Positions 1 through 11,460 are shown, numbered from the whole stretch's first letter. The stretch: 62,886 nucleotides of DNA, filler included, from Octopus bimaculoides (GCF_001194135.2; 6 parts of 6 records of this genome joined end to end with filler, not necessarily neighbours in it), one strand, 5' to 3'. Notes: generated from the sequence alone by a model not told the origin. Numbers and translations: made by a program.

Positions 1-1
1 C

Positions 2-400
2 CAAGTAACCCATTGTTAGGTTTGCAATGACTGGAGCTGCTCTAGTGCCCATAGCAATTCCAGATTTTTGTCGGTAGAAAGTATTGTCAAACATGAAGTG
101 GTTGTTTCGTAAGATGAATTCAACCGATTTAGTGATGAATTCTTTACTGATCCTGTTTGGGATTTCTTCCGGGAATTGGTCCAGCCAGAACTGGATTGCC
201 TCTAGTCCATAATTATGAGGTATACTGGTGTATAAATTAATCACATCAAATGAAACCATGATTGTTTCTTCCTTGACTTTCTTTGGGAGGTGATTTAACA
301 TATCCAAGTCATCTCTGATATAGCTATTGATGTGTTTAAGGAAGGGTTTTAGGAGGATGTCCATAAATAGACTTAGTCTGTGTGTTTCACAGGCTGGGCC
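2..400 (-). mobile_element. Penelope-like element reverse transcriptase fragment (runs off the window start)
   Basis: Manual translation of the minus strand, open for 133 codons: GPACETHRLSLFMDILLKPFLKHINSYIRDDLDMLNHLPK...VSFDVINLYTSIPHNYGLEAI...FYRQKSGIAMGTRAAPVIANLTMGYL. SFDV..LYT.IP and GIAMGT are PLE RT motifs; closely similar to the copy at 5996-6618. Confidence 0.9.
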
Positions 401-733
401 AAACCATGGCAAATTAATCAAAATATATCACCTCCTACATTTCGATTATCTTCCTTATACTGGAAAAAATCCCTGATTACCTCCTCCTATTTAGAACTCT
501 ATTTTACACACTGGAGCGAAGATATGTTACGATACAAGTAGAGAAATTTGAAAAGAAAACACAAAACTGGTTATTTCTCCAAATACAATGTTTATATACC
601 CAAAGTTTTATAACATTTTTCTGACATAACAATTTTAATATATACTTTAACCATGTAACACAAGCCTTCTGTAGTTTTTTCACTCTTGTTTATCTTTTAT
701 ACATCCAACCACGTGCTTTCACATACCAACTTT

Positions 734-735
<2 letters not shown>

Positions 736-792
<57 letters not shown>
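736..792. repeat. (CA)n-(TA)n compound microsatellite
   Basis: Directly visible dinucleotide run; many similar arrays occur throughout the window, often beside N gaps. Confidence 0.95.
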
Positions 793-793
<1 letters not shown>

Positions 794-959
794 CGTCTAC
801 ATAACAACCTACTAACAACTCTACCTCTGTATATATATGACTACTTTCTACGTATAGTTCTTATTTAGTACTGGGGATGTTTCATTTATGAGGACGTACT
901 CTTGTATTTGTCTGAGTGTTGGGTGGGTCCTTCAGGTTCTTGGATAAAATGGATGTCAA

Positions 960-1080
960 GTTGACCCAGTGTCCCTCCATGTTGGTAGAGTATGGGGTAC
1001 TGTTTTTTGTTGTCATATTTTCTCAAATGTACATTTAGTCTCTCCTCAATACTTCTAGATGTCTCACCTATGTATTTCAC
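960..1080 (-). mobile_element. PLE GIY-YIG endonuclease fragment
   Basis: Translation KYIGETSRSIEERLNVHLRKYDNKKQYPILYQH contains the YIGET.R...R..H motif of GIY-YIG nucleases. Confidence 0.75.
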
Positions 1081-1169
1081 TTATGTATTTCATGTTCAAG
1101 ATCATGATATACAGAGGTGGGACATTTAGAAGCATTGCAGAGAGACTAAATGAACATTTGAGACAATAT

Positions 1170-3161
1170 GATGTGGAGAATGAATGGGAGGAGGGTGTTG
1201 ACCCAATTGAGGAACCAAATATCCAAATTGAAAGTACCTTGTTAGATAAAGCACTTAAGACATAAAGACAAGGAAAGCCCCTGACCTATATTGTAAATCA
1301 AGTGGTTCATGAAGGAGTCATATCTAATGACTGATGTAGCAACACCATAATCAACTGCTACAAAGGTAAAGGTGATGCCTTAGATAGAAATAACTACAGA
1401 GGTATCAAATTGTTGGATCAAATGATATAAGTTATGGAGAGGGTCACAGCTCAACTAATTAAGGAGAGAAAGTTAGTTTAAATGAGATGCAGTTTGGTTT
1501 TGTGCCAGTGAGAAGCATCACTGATGCTATATTGCTGGTAAGGCAGCTGCAGGAGAAATACATAGCCAAAAATAAACCTCTGTACCTGGCTTTTTTTGAC
1601 TTGGAGAAACAGCATCCCCTGATCCCTTATCTTGTGCTCAATACAGAAACTAGGTATAAATGATTGGTTGGTGAGAGCCGTACAAGCCATCTACAGGGAT
1701 GTTACCAGTAAGGTGAGAGTTGGCAACGAGTACAGTGAAGAATTCAGAGTACAATTGGGTGTTCCTCAAGGATCAGTCGTCAGTCCCCTCTTGTTCATCA
1801 TAGTCCTCCAGGTAATAACAGATGAATTTCAGGCTGGCTGCCCCTGGGAGTTCCTCTATGCTGATGACCTTGTTCTTATAGCTGAATCACCACCAGAATT
1901 AGAGAAGAAGTTTCAGGTATGGAAGCAAGGTCTAGAATCAAAAGGCCTTGGGAGTTAACCTAGCAAAACCAAAGTCATAGTAAATAGGAAGGCAGACAAA
2001 GCACAAGTCCCTTCAGGTAGATGGCCCTACTCAATCTATAGAAAAAGTGTAGGTAGAAACTCCATAAGATGTTAACATAAGAGGTGCAGCAATATCAGAG
2101 GAAGATTAACAGGGAAAATAGCTTTTGTGTATGGAAGAGGCACAGGTACAATAAACACTGAAAATGTACAGAAAATAAACTCCATCAACTGTCAGGTGGG
2201 CTAGCTAGAGGTAGCAGAGAGCTTCCCTTATGTAGGTGACCAAGTTAGTAGCAGAGGTGGATGCTCTAAGAGCATAGCTGTGAAAATAAGATTAGGCTGG
2301 GCAAAGCTCAGAGAGTTCCTACCTCTACTGGCAACAAAGGGTCTGTCCCTCAGAGTGAATGGCAGATTGTATGATGCCGGTGTGTAAACAGCTATGCTAA
2401 ACAGCAGTGAAACATGGGCTGTGACAGTCAAGGACATGAGTAGGATTAAAAGAATTGAAGCCAATATGCTTTGCTAGATGTGCAATGTCAGTGTGCTTGT
2501 TTGACAGAGTGTAAGCATCTTTAGAGAAAAGTTGGGCATAAGAGGCATCAGATGTGGTGTGCAAAAGAGACGACTGTGCAGGTATGGTCACGTGATGCAG
2601 ATGGACGAGGACAGCTGTGTAAAGAAGTTCCAACCTCTAACTGTAGAAGGAACCTGTTGTAGAGGTAGACCCAGGAAGACATGGGATGAGGTGGTGAAGT
2701 ATGATCTTTGAACTTTAGGCCTCACAGAGGCAATGACTAGTGACCAAGACCTTTGGCGATATTCTGTGCTTGAGAAGACCCATCAAGCCTCATAAAATCA
2801 TAGTCCTGGCTGATGCTGGTGTCATGTAACTGGCACCCATGTCAGTGGCACATAAAAGGCACCATTCGAGTGTTGAGCTTCATGGAGGCAAAGTGGCTGA
2901 TGCCAGTGGCACGTGAAAAGCTCCTTTCTTGTAGGCTTCACAGAGGCAATAACCAAGACCTTTGGCATTGAGAAGAAGACCTATCAAGCCAAGTAAAATC
3001 ACACTCATGGCAGATACCAGTATCATGCAAATGGCACCCATGCCAGTGGATTATGAAAGTACCCGTTATCCTCTCGGAGCAGTTGACATTAGGAAGGGCA
3101 CTCAGCCGTAGAAGCCATGCCAAATCAGACTGGTGCCTGGTGCAGCCTTCCACTTTGCCAG
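1170..3161 (+). mobile_element. 5'-truncated RTE-clade LINE (degenerate RT, C-terminus and 3' UTR)
   Basis: Broken frames give NNYRGIKLLDQ, QFGFVP, AFFDLEK, LGVPQGSVVSPLLF, EFLYADDLVL, GRPRKTWDEVV; the 3' UTR has the family motif TTAGGAAGGGCA. Confidence 0.92.
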
Positions 3162-3911
3162 TGTATGTATGTATACTTACACATATATTTATATACATAT
3201 ATATATATATGTATGTTCGTGTCTGTATAAATGCTGTGTGACTACCATTTGATTGTCTATGGGTTAGTAGTAATTTCTCTTTCATCNNNNNNNNNNNNNN
3301 NNNNNNNNNNNNNNNNNNNNNNNNNNNNNNNNNNNNNNNNNNNNNNNNNNNNNNNNNNNNNNNNNNNNNNNNNNNNNNNNNNNNNNNNNNNNNNNNNNNN
3401 NNNNNNNNNNNNNNNNNNNNNNNNNNNNNNNNNNNNNNNNNNNNNNNNNNNNNNNNNNNNNNNNNNNNNNNNNNNNNNNNNNNNNNNNNNNNNNNNNNNN
3501 NNNNNNNNNNNNNNNNNNNNNNNNNNNNNNNNNNNNNNNNNNNNNNNNNNNNNNNNNNNNNNNNNNNNNNNNNNNNNNNNNNNNNNNNNNNNNNNNNNNN
3601 NNNNNNNNNNNNNNNNNNNNNNNNNNNNNNNNNNNNNNNNNNNNNNNNNNNNNNNNNNNNNNNNNNNNNNNNNNNNNNNNNNNNNNNNNNNNNNNNNNNN
3701 NNNNNNNNNNNNNNNNNNNNNNNNNNNNNNNNNNNNNNNNNNNNNNNNNNNNNNNNNNNNNNNNNNNNNNNNNNNNNNNNNNNNNNNNNNNNNNNNNNNN
3801 NNNNNNNNNNNNNNNNNNNNNNNNNNNNNNNNNNNNNNNNNNNNNNNNNNNNNNNNNNNNNNNNNNNNNNNNNNNNNNNNNNNNNNNNNNNNNNNNNNNN
3901 NNNNNNNNNNN

Positions 3912-3942
<31 letters not shown>

Positions 3943-4057
3943 ACACACACACAAGTGAGTGGACAAATGAAAGAAGGGCACTAAATACATTAGGAGTTAC
4001 ATGTATGGATCAAGTGGGGCAACTGATCCATATACATACACACATATATATATATAT

Positions 4058-4830
4058 GTATGTTCGTGTCTGTATAAATGCTGTGTGACTACCATTTGAT
4101 TGTCTATGGGTTAGTAGTAATTTCTCTTTCATCACCAGGACATTTGTCTAGACTACACTACGCTGATAACCCTTAATCTAGTTTCTCTTCTCTCTCCTCC
4201 CTATCTCTTTCTCCCTTTCTTCCTCTTAGCTTTTATCTGTGGCCATGCATCCAGTCCTATTTAAAGAAATTGGATGTTGAATGTTTCCTGGTGAAAGCTG
4301 GTTTATGGGGTTACCCTGGGTTTCCCATCCATAAAGGGTTTAACTTTATGGTGTATTGTCAGACCCCAAGACCTGTTGGCCTAAGACCTCTTTAAAATAT
4401 GGAGGGGAAAAGTCTCAATAGAAAGGCAAATGTAAACAATGGGATTATCTCCCTTTGCTAATGGCTATTGACTCCCGGCCGTACCACCATCATTCAGCTA
4501 TGAAGGTAAACAATAGGGGATTATCTCCCTCTCCCATTAGCTATCAACTTCTGGTGGTCCTGTAACTGCCAGCAGAAATCTCCTAAAATGCAAACATGGT
4601 GCAAAAATCTCCGTTCTGGAGTTAAGTATAGTATTCGTCCCATTGATGTAGGGGCTCGGGTTTTTGGGGATTTTCCATGAGATTGAGTGTGGAACTCCAT
4701 CGTCCTTTAGTTGCCAAATGTGGCTGGCCAGCAATGTTACATATCTCCTTTCCAGGACTCTGAGGGAGGATCTATAGTTGGAAGAGTGTTTCTTGAACAA
4801 ATTTCCAGTACAACCAATGTATTTCTATGA
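4058..4830 (-). mobile_element. PLE 3' fragment: GIY-YIG C-terminus plus 3' UTR/pseudo-LTR (possibly Hydra-type lineage)
   Basis: Translation KYIGCTGNLFKKH...TLLASHIWQLKDDGVPHSISWKI...PYING...LNSRTEI..PCLH, followed by a hammerhead-like motif at 4306-4368. Confidence 0.75.
4306..4368 (-). ncRNA. Type I hammerhead ribozyme motif, probably inactivated (core G8A)
   Basis: Minus strand reads UGGGGU-CUGACAA-helix II (CCAUAAAG/CUUUAUGG)-GAA-ACCCAGGGU-A-ACCCCA. Helix I is 6 bp and the triplet is GUA; there is one core mismatch to CUGANGA. Confidence 0.65.
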
Positions 4831-4839
4831 ACGTGCAAT

Positions 4840-4985
4840 GTCAGTGCTGTACTTGTTGTTGTTACTGTTGCTGCTGCTGTTGTAGTTGTAGCTGTCGATG
4901 TCATTGCTATCGCCAATGTTGTTGTTGCTGCTGCTATTGATGCTGTTGATGCTGATGATGCTGGAGCTGGTGGTTGTGTCAGTAA
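4840..4985. repeat. Degenerate (TTG/CTG/ATG)n trinucleotide low-complexity tract
   Basis: Visible gttgtt/gctgct/gatgat runs. Confidence 0.85.
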
Positions 4986-5024
4986 TGTTACGCCTCTGCA
5001 TGTGTTGCCAGTAATGGCAGCTCG

Positions 5025-5330
5025 GCGGGGCTTTGTTGAGTAGACTTTCTCTTTGAGAATGCCCCACAGGAAAAAGTCAGGTGGGGTCAAATCCAGCGAA
5101 CGAGACGGCCACTCAAGTGGTCCTCGCCTGCCAATCCATCGACAGAGCAGGTTGGCGTCCAGCCAGTCTCGCACAAGCATAGCATAATGGGCCGGTGCCC
5201 CATCCTGCTGAAAGTACAGACCCTCTGCTCCATCCTGCTGTTGTGATAACGGCAAAAGCAGCTTCTGTAGCATAGCCAGATAACTTTGTGCAGAACCATT
5301 TCAAAACTGCAATCTTTTGCTCTTTTGTTA
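5025..5330 (-). mobile_element. Tc1/mariner-superfamily transposase C-terminal fragment
   Basis: YLAMLQ...LYFQQDGAPAHYA..VRDWLD....WIGRRGPLEWPSRSLDLTPPDFFLWGILKEKVY, the canonical QQDGAPAH / WP.RSPDL.P.DF.LWG motifs. Confidence 0.88.
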
Positions 5331-6754
5331 ATCAGGTGGACATAATCGATATAACAGTATAGCTGAAATAGGGGGAAAAAAAGAAATAAAAATATAAGAT
5401 TGCAGCTTTCAAATGACATATGAAATAGAAAAATTGAATAAGTATCAANNNNNNNNNNNNNNNNNNNNNNNNNNNNNNNNNNNNNNNNNNNNNNNNNNNN
5501 NNNNNNNNNNNNNNNNNNNNNNNNNNNNNNNNNNNNNNNNNNNNNNNNNNNNNNNNNNNNNNNNNNNNNNNNNNNNNNNNNNNNNNNNNNNNNNNNNNNN
5601 NNNNNNNNNNNNNNNNNNNNNNNNNNNNNNNNNNNNNNNNNNNNNNNNNNNNNNNNNNNNNNNNNNNNNNNNNNNNNNNNNNNNNNNNNNNNNNNNNNNN
5701 NNNNNNNNNNNNNNNNNNNNNNNNNNNNNNNNNNNNNNNNNNNNNNNNNNNNNNNNNNNNNNNNNNNNNNNNNNNNNNNNNNNNNNNNNNNNNNNNNNNN
5801 NNNNNNNNNNNNNNNNNNNNNNNNNNNNNNNNNNNNNNNNNNNNNNNNNNNNNNNNNNNNNNNNNNNNNNNNNNNNNNNNNNNNNNNNNNNNNNNNNNNN
5901 NNNNNNNNNNNNNNNNNNNNNNNNNNNNNNNNNNNNNNNNNNNNNNNNNNNNNNNNNNNNNNNNNNNNNNNNNNNNNNNNNNNNNNNNNNNNNNNCCAAC
6001 CTTAATGTAAATGAATGGAAAGACCTAATCGAGTTAAAAAATGATATAAACCTCACCATTAAAGATGCTGACAAAGGAAGTGCAGTAGTGGTGATGGACA
6101 CAGAGTACTACAAAAAGTTAATACTCTCCATGTTGGAAAATAATATTTATTATGAGATGATAGTACAATACAACCCACAGAAGACTCTTAAAAACTTATC
6201 CTCTTTACTTGAAATACATGGAAAGGGTCTCACTAAACATGAAATTGACTATTTATCCAATTTTAAATATAGACCTAGTCTATTCTATGGATTACCTAAA
6301 ATACACAAAAATCCACATATTTGTAAAGCTTGCAAAGTTTCTGCAAGCCTCTGCATTAATGTTCCTCCCCCTACTGACCTCAAACTGAGACCCATCATTG
6401 CTGACCCTGCTTGTGAAACCCATCGTTTGAGCAACTTCCTTGACATCTTACTCAAACCGTTTCTGAAATATGTGAAAAGCTTCATCAGGGATGACTTAGA
6501 TATGCTAAACCACCTCCCGAAGACAATAAGTGATGGAACCCTGTTAGTATCATTCGATGTGCTGAATTTGTACACCAATATCCCACACGATTATGGTATA
6601 GAAGCGATCACCTTCTGACTAGAAAAATATGGCACCTCTTTTCATTGCTATTTAAAGGAGAACTGGAAGAGGTATTTGGGATGATTGCTTTATACTTTGG
6701 AAAGACAGCATGGACAAACTCCTTGATTTCAAAATAATGCTTAACAATATTAAA

Positions 6755-7072
6755 GGAGCACTCCGTCGGTTACGACGACGAGGGTCCCAGCTGATACGAT
6801 CAATGGAACAGCCTGCTCATGAAATTAACATGCAAGTGACTGAGCAATCCACAGACACGTGTACCCCTAACGTAGTTCTCAGGGAGACTCAGTGTGACAC
6901 ATAGCGTGACAAGGCCGGCCCTTTGAAATACAAGTACTACTCATTTTTGCCAGCTGAGTGGACTGGAGCAACGTGAAATAAAGTGTCTTGCTCAAGGATA
7001 CAACGTGTCGCCGGGAATCAAACTCACGATCATGAGCCGAATGCCCTAACTACTAAGCCACGTGCCTTCACA
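6755..7072 (-). mobile_element. tRNA-derived SINE (family A) with 12-bp target-site duplication
   Basis: Minus strand has an A-box-like TGGCTTAGTAGTTAG, a B-box-like GTTTGATTCCC and a core CCTTGAGCAAGACACTT. TAACAATATTAA flanks both sides (6742-6753 and 7075-7086). Homologous copy at 40710-41033. Confidence 0.9.
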
Positions 7073-8215
7073 TGTAACAATATTAATAGCAACATACAAT
7101 TCACCATGGAACACAGCAATAAACAACTCCCTTTTCTTGACATCCTAATTAAAATAGTCAATAACCACATTGAAACAGACATCTTCTATAAACCCACAGA
7201 TTCTAAACAATACCTAATATTCAACTCATACCACCCCAAACACATAAAAATTAATATACCTTATAATCTAGCGAAAAGAATCTGTACCATAGTTTTGGAC
7301 CCCTATACTCACGAATGAAGACTCCTTGAACTCAAATCAATACTAATCAAAAGACATTACCCAATATCTTTAATAAATGATGGAATTAAGTGAGCTAAGG
7401 AAATAGACATACAAACATAAAGGGAAGTCAACCAAAATACTAAACCAGACTTAAAAATACTCCCATACATCTCCACACATAACCCTAGAAGCAACGAAGC
7501 CTTTAACATTATCATCCAAAATCTACCTATCCTCACAAGAGATAAAACAATGAACAAAATTTTAGACTCACACAAAATTATCAAAAGTAAAATGCAATCT
7601 AAATCACTGAAAAAAATATTAACCAGCGCAAGACTGTATCCATCAACAACAGAACCAAAAGTGAAAAAATGTGGTCGACCTAACTGTGGTACTTGCCGCC
7701 ACCTTTTGGAGGGTTCAGAGTTCCACTTTAAACAAGGTGTAATATTTAAGATTAAATCAAATTTCACCTGTGCCTCAGAAAATCTAATCTATTCCATTAC
7801 ATGCTTAGGGTGTGGTAATAGTTATATTGGCCAAACAGGAATATCACTCCATCGAAGAAACACTCTCCACAAAGAACAAATCCGCCACCCACAATACAGA
7901 CAGATACAGGTCAGTGGACACACAGAAAGGTGTGCGAGGAATCTTAATCCTAATTTCCTAATTTTTTCCTTCTATCAATGTTCACAGAACACCTCAACAC
8001 AATAAAGAATGAATAAAGAGACAATTTTCATCAATAAATATCTTCCTCAACTAAATATGAACTTAATATAGAACACTACTAATCTTCCATTTAATATCGC
8101 TAACTCCCATACACCATTCACATTACTGATCTCGATCTACCTTAATTGCACCAAATCCAGAACTACTTACCTCCCTTACACATAGTCTTTTTACTAAGGG
8201 ACTAATAGACCTGAC

Positions 8216-8273
8216 ACCGTTCAGTATTGGGTGTATATTCTGAGCAATGATTAGTAATATTACAAAACCGGTA
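8216..8273 (+). ncRNA. Degenerate hammerhead-like motif in PLE 3' UTR
   Basis: CTGAGCA-ATGATTAGTAATATTAC-AAAA-CCGG-TA resembles CUGANGA-helix II-GAAA-CCGG-UA with 2-3 substitutions; palindromic ACCGGT. Confidence 0.4.
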
Positions 8274-8482
8274 TGCTTTTGAATCTCTTTAACAACTCAC
8301 AATAATAGCTTTTATTACCTTTATTCCTACCTCAGTTCATCTAATTGTATATTTCTATCGTTACTTTTCATAAAAAACCTTTACTTTTTTTGATTTCCAA
8401 TGTGCATTTTCGCTTATTTTTCTGCTTACTTTCCCCTTACATTTCTATGTGTAGTTTCTATTTTCTTTTTGTAACATATTTC

Positions 8483-8513
<31 letters not shown>

Positions 8514-8668
8514 AGAATTTAAGGAATGGAGAAANNNNNNNNNNNNNNNNNNNNNNNNNNNNNNNNNNNNNNNNNNNNNNNNNNNNNNNNNNNNNNNNNN
8601 NNNNNNNNNNNNNNNNNNNNNNNNNNNNNNNNNNNNNNNNNNNNNNNNNNNNNNNNNNNNATATATAT

Positions 8669-8670
<2 letters not shown>

Positions 8671-8700
<30 letters not shown>

Positions 8701-9240
8701 TTAACATCCGCTTTCCATGCTAGCATGGTTTGGACTATTTGACTGAGGACTGGTGAACCAGATGGCTGCACCAGGCTCCAATCTGATCTGGCAGAGTTTC
8801 TACAGCTGGATGCCCTTCCTAATGCCAACCACTCCGAGAGTGTAGTGGGTGCTTTTACCTGCCACTGACACAAGTGCCAGTCACACGGTACTGGCAATGG
8901 CCACACTCAAAATGGTGTTTTTTACGTGCCACCTGCACAAGAGCCAGTCCAGTGGCACTGGCAATGAACTCACTCGAATGATTTTCTAACGTGCCACCAG
9001 CACAAGTGCCAGTAAAGCGACACTGGTAACAATCACGCTCAAATGGTGCTATTTACATGCCACTAGTACGGAAGCCAGACAGCTGCTCTGGCAATGATCA
9101 TGCTCGAACGGTGCTGTTAGTGCTCCACTGGCTCAGGTGCCGGTCATCGAATATGGTTTATTGAATATGGTTCAATTACGATTTTGATTTCACTTGCCCC
9201 AACAGGTCTTCGCAAGCAGAGTTTAGTGTCCAATGAAGGG
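8671..9240 (-). mobile_element. RTE LINE 3' end with (ATG)n tail
   Basis: (CAT)n array followed by TTTAACATCCGCTTTCCATGCTAGCATG...CTGGATGCCCTTCCTAATGCCAACCACTC, the reverse complement of the RTE tail at 10810-10963. Confidence 0.85.
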
Positions 9241-9269
9241 GAGGTTGGCATGCGTGCCAGTCATCAAAT

Positions 9270-9545
9270 TTGGATTTGGTGAATGTAAACTGAAAGAAGT
9301 TCATCATGTGTGTGTGTGTATCTATGTGTGTGTGTTTTTGTGTCTGTGTTTGTCTCCCACTACCACTTGACAAACAGTGTTGGTGTGTTTATGTCCCCAT
9401 AACTTAGCTGTTTAACAAAAGAGACTAATAGAATAAGTACTAAGCTTTAAAAAATAAGTCCTGGGAGTGATTTGATTGACTAAAACCCTTCAAGGAAGTT
9501 CCCCAGCATAGCTGCAGTAAAATAACTGAAACAAGTAAAAGATAA
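9270..9545 (+). mobile_element. SINE family B, 3' half with internal (TG)n
   Basis: ACTGAAAGAAG-(TG)n-...GTCCCCATAACTTAGC...AATAAGTACT...ACTGAAACAAGTAAAAGA, matching the full copies at 30156-30528 and 56722-57068. Confidence 0.8.
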
Positions 9546-9759
9546 ATGGTAAAGATAATATTTTTAAAAACAATGTATGTACATACAAGTAAAAAAGAAG
9601 AAGAAAGATAAGATATAGAGGATGAATTAAAAGGCAATTTAGAATTAAAATTTGAGAATCCAGTATTCAGTTAGAAAGTGAAAGAAGGTAATATAAATAT
9701 AAATGAAGTAGGGAGGTTATGCCTAGAATGAAGTTATACATTATATATCAATTATATTA

Positions 9760-10963
9760 TAGTCGTCTTTGTATGTGGCAGATGCACAGGAGTAAGATGC
9801 ACAGGAGCAAGATGCACAGGAGCAAGATGCACAGGAGCAAGATGCACTAAGAGCACATGGGAATTAGATTCTCTCAGATGCCCAGGAGGCTCTCCTGAGG
9901 TTGTTGATAGTTTCTGTTACCTAGGTGACCAAATTAGCAATGGTGGAGGATGCTCTGAAAGTGTTGTTTCTAGAACAAGAATTTGGGTGGAGGAAGTTCA
10001 GAGAACTATTACCTCTGTTGGCAACAAAAGACTCTCTTTCAGAGTGAAAGGTAGACTATATGATGCTTGTATGTGAATAGCTATACTCCATGGTAGTGAG
10101 ACATGGGGTCTGAATGCAGAAGACAGGCATAGACTGGAGAGAAACGATGGTAGTATGCTCCATTGTATGTGCAACATCAATACCCATGTACAGCAAAGTG
10201 CAAATGTATTGAGAGAAAAGTTGGGCATAAGAAGAATCAAATGTAGCATGCAAGAAAGAAGACAGTTTGGACATATGATGTGTATGAATGAGGACAGCTG
10301 CATAAAGAAGTGCCAATCACTGAAAGTGGATGGTACCTGCAGAAAAGGGAGACCCAGGAAGATGTGGGATGAAGTGGTAAGGACCGATCTCAGGAAATTG
10401 GACCTCATGGAGTAAATGACAATGGACTGAGTTGTCTGGCAATATGAAGTTCTTGAGAAGAACCATCCACATCAGTGAAAGTGAGTTCTAGAAGCGCTGT
10501 GTCCCACCCAGACTTAAAAAGAAACTTCTCATACACTCTACCACAACAAACCAAACTACGTCTCTACATCTCTTCTCTTCCTCACATTTCCACCTCATGC
10601 ACTATGCTTACCTCCCACTCCCCAATCCTGTCCTCTTGGCCCTGTGCCACTGTATCATTGATCTCTGCTTGCCCTCGACCTGTGTGTTCTACCCACACGC
10701 CCTGTCTCACTGTATTATTGCTATCTGCTAGCCCCTGAACTGTGTGTTCCACACATTCATAACAAGAAAACTTTCCCTCACCCTATCTCAACAAACCAAT
10801 CTACATCTCTGCTGAGTGGTTGGTGTTAGGAAGGGCATCCAGCTGTAAAAATCTTGCTAAAACAGTTACAGAAGTCTGGTGCAGGCTTCTGCCTGGCTGG
10901 CTCTTGTGAAACTGTCCCACCCATGCTAGCATGGAAGGCAGACGTTAAATGATGATGATGATG
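9760..10963 (+). mobile_element. 5'-truncated RTE LINE (C-terminal ORF part, 3' UTR, (ATG)n tail)
   Basis: F.YLGDQISNGGGCSESV, GRLYDAC, SETWGLNAED, GRPRKMWDEVVRTDL; tail GACGTTAAATGATGATGATGATG. Confidence 0.9.
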
Positions 10964-11067
10964 TGATTGACAAAATATATAACAGTAACATGGGTACAAT
11001 AAGAGTTAGCGAATTATAGAATTAACAGGATTAATTTCCAGGAGAGATAGTCTGGTATCGGTAAACA

Positions 11068-11460
11068 TTATGTAACAGGTTTGAAGTATGTGGATGTCCT
11101 TTTACTATGATTTAAACATTTCATTTTAAGTTCTTTTGTCTTATTAAGCAAGTTGCCCGGGTATTTTAATATCTCATATAGTTTGGCACAGCACAGCATA
11201 GAGCTGTACCTGTTATTTAAATATGGTGATGCTTTCCTAACTACATTCCAGGTAATTTCAAGCTGAGTATTATTATCCTTTAATTGCCACACCTTTTCTG
11301 CTAGGAATGTGATGCAAGCTTCATTGCAATATTGAAATGACAAAAGATGATTATGCTATCTGGATTTGAAGTCGCAACATTTGGTGCCTATATAAATGAA
11401 GGTGTTAGTGCAAATTATTAAATCACACTTGTAAACTATATTCCTAGCTAAATTGATATT
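11068..11460 (-). mobile_element. PLE GIY-YIG fragment (same lineage as 4058-4830 and 52390-53190)
   Basis: NIVYKCDL...LAEKVWQLKDNNTQLEITWNVVRKASPY...MLCCAKLYEIL....LLNKTKELKMKCLNH. Confidence 0.75.

Larger units (their letters stand above)
5996..8510 (+). mobile_element. Penelope-like element (RT plus C-terminal GIY-YIG with Cys/His motifs), pseudogenised, interrupted by a SINE
   Basis: IKDADKGSAVVVMD, FYGLPKIHK, LRPII, SFDVLNLYTNIPH, frameshifted catalytic RY-L-DDC at about 6669-6690, LPFLDILI, FYKPTDSKQYL, CGRPNCGTC, LIYSITCLGCGNSYIGQT. Several stops and an internal deletion. Confidence 0.93.

Noticed and set aside
405-560. Possible further PLE GIY-YIG C-terminal remnant on the plus strand
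   Set aside because: Key Cys/His residues are not preserved; similarity is too weak to list as a feature.
2-1080. GIY-YIG upstream of RT on the minus strand as a permuted (Naiad/Chlamys-type) PLE
   Set aside because: The two fragments are separated by unrelated sequence and a microsatellite, and the RT closely matches the C-terminal-EN element at 5996-8510.
2938-4088. Long ORFs in the track containing X runs or [15 protein letters not shown] repeats
   Set aside because: They arise from N gaps and microsatellites and have no coding signal.
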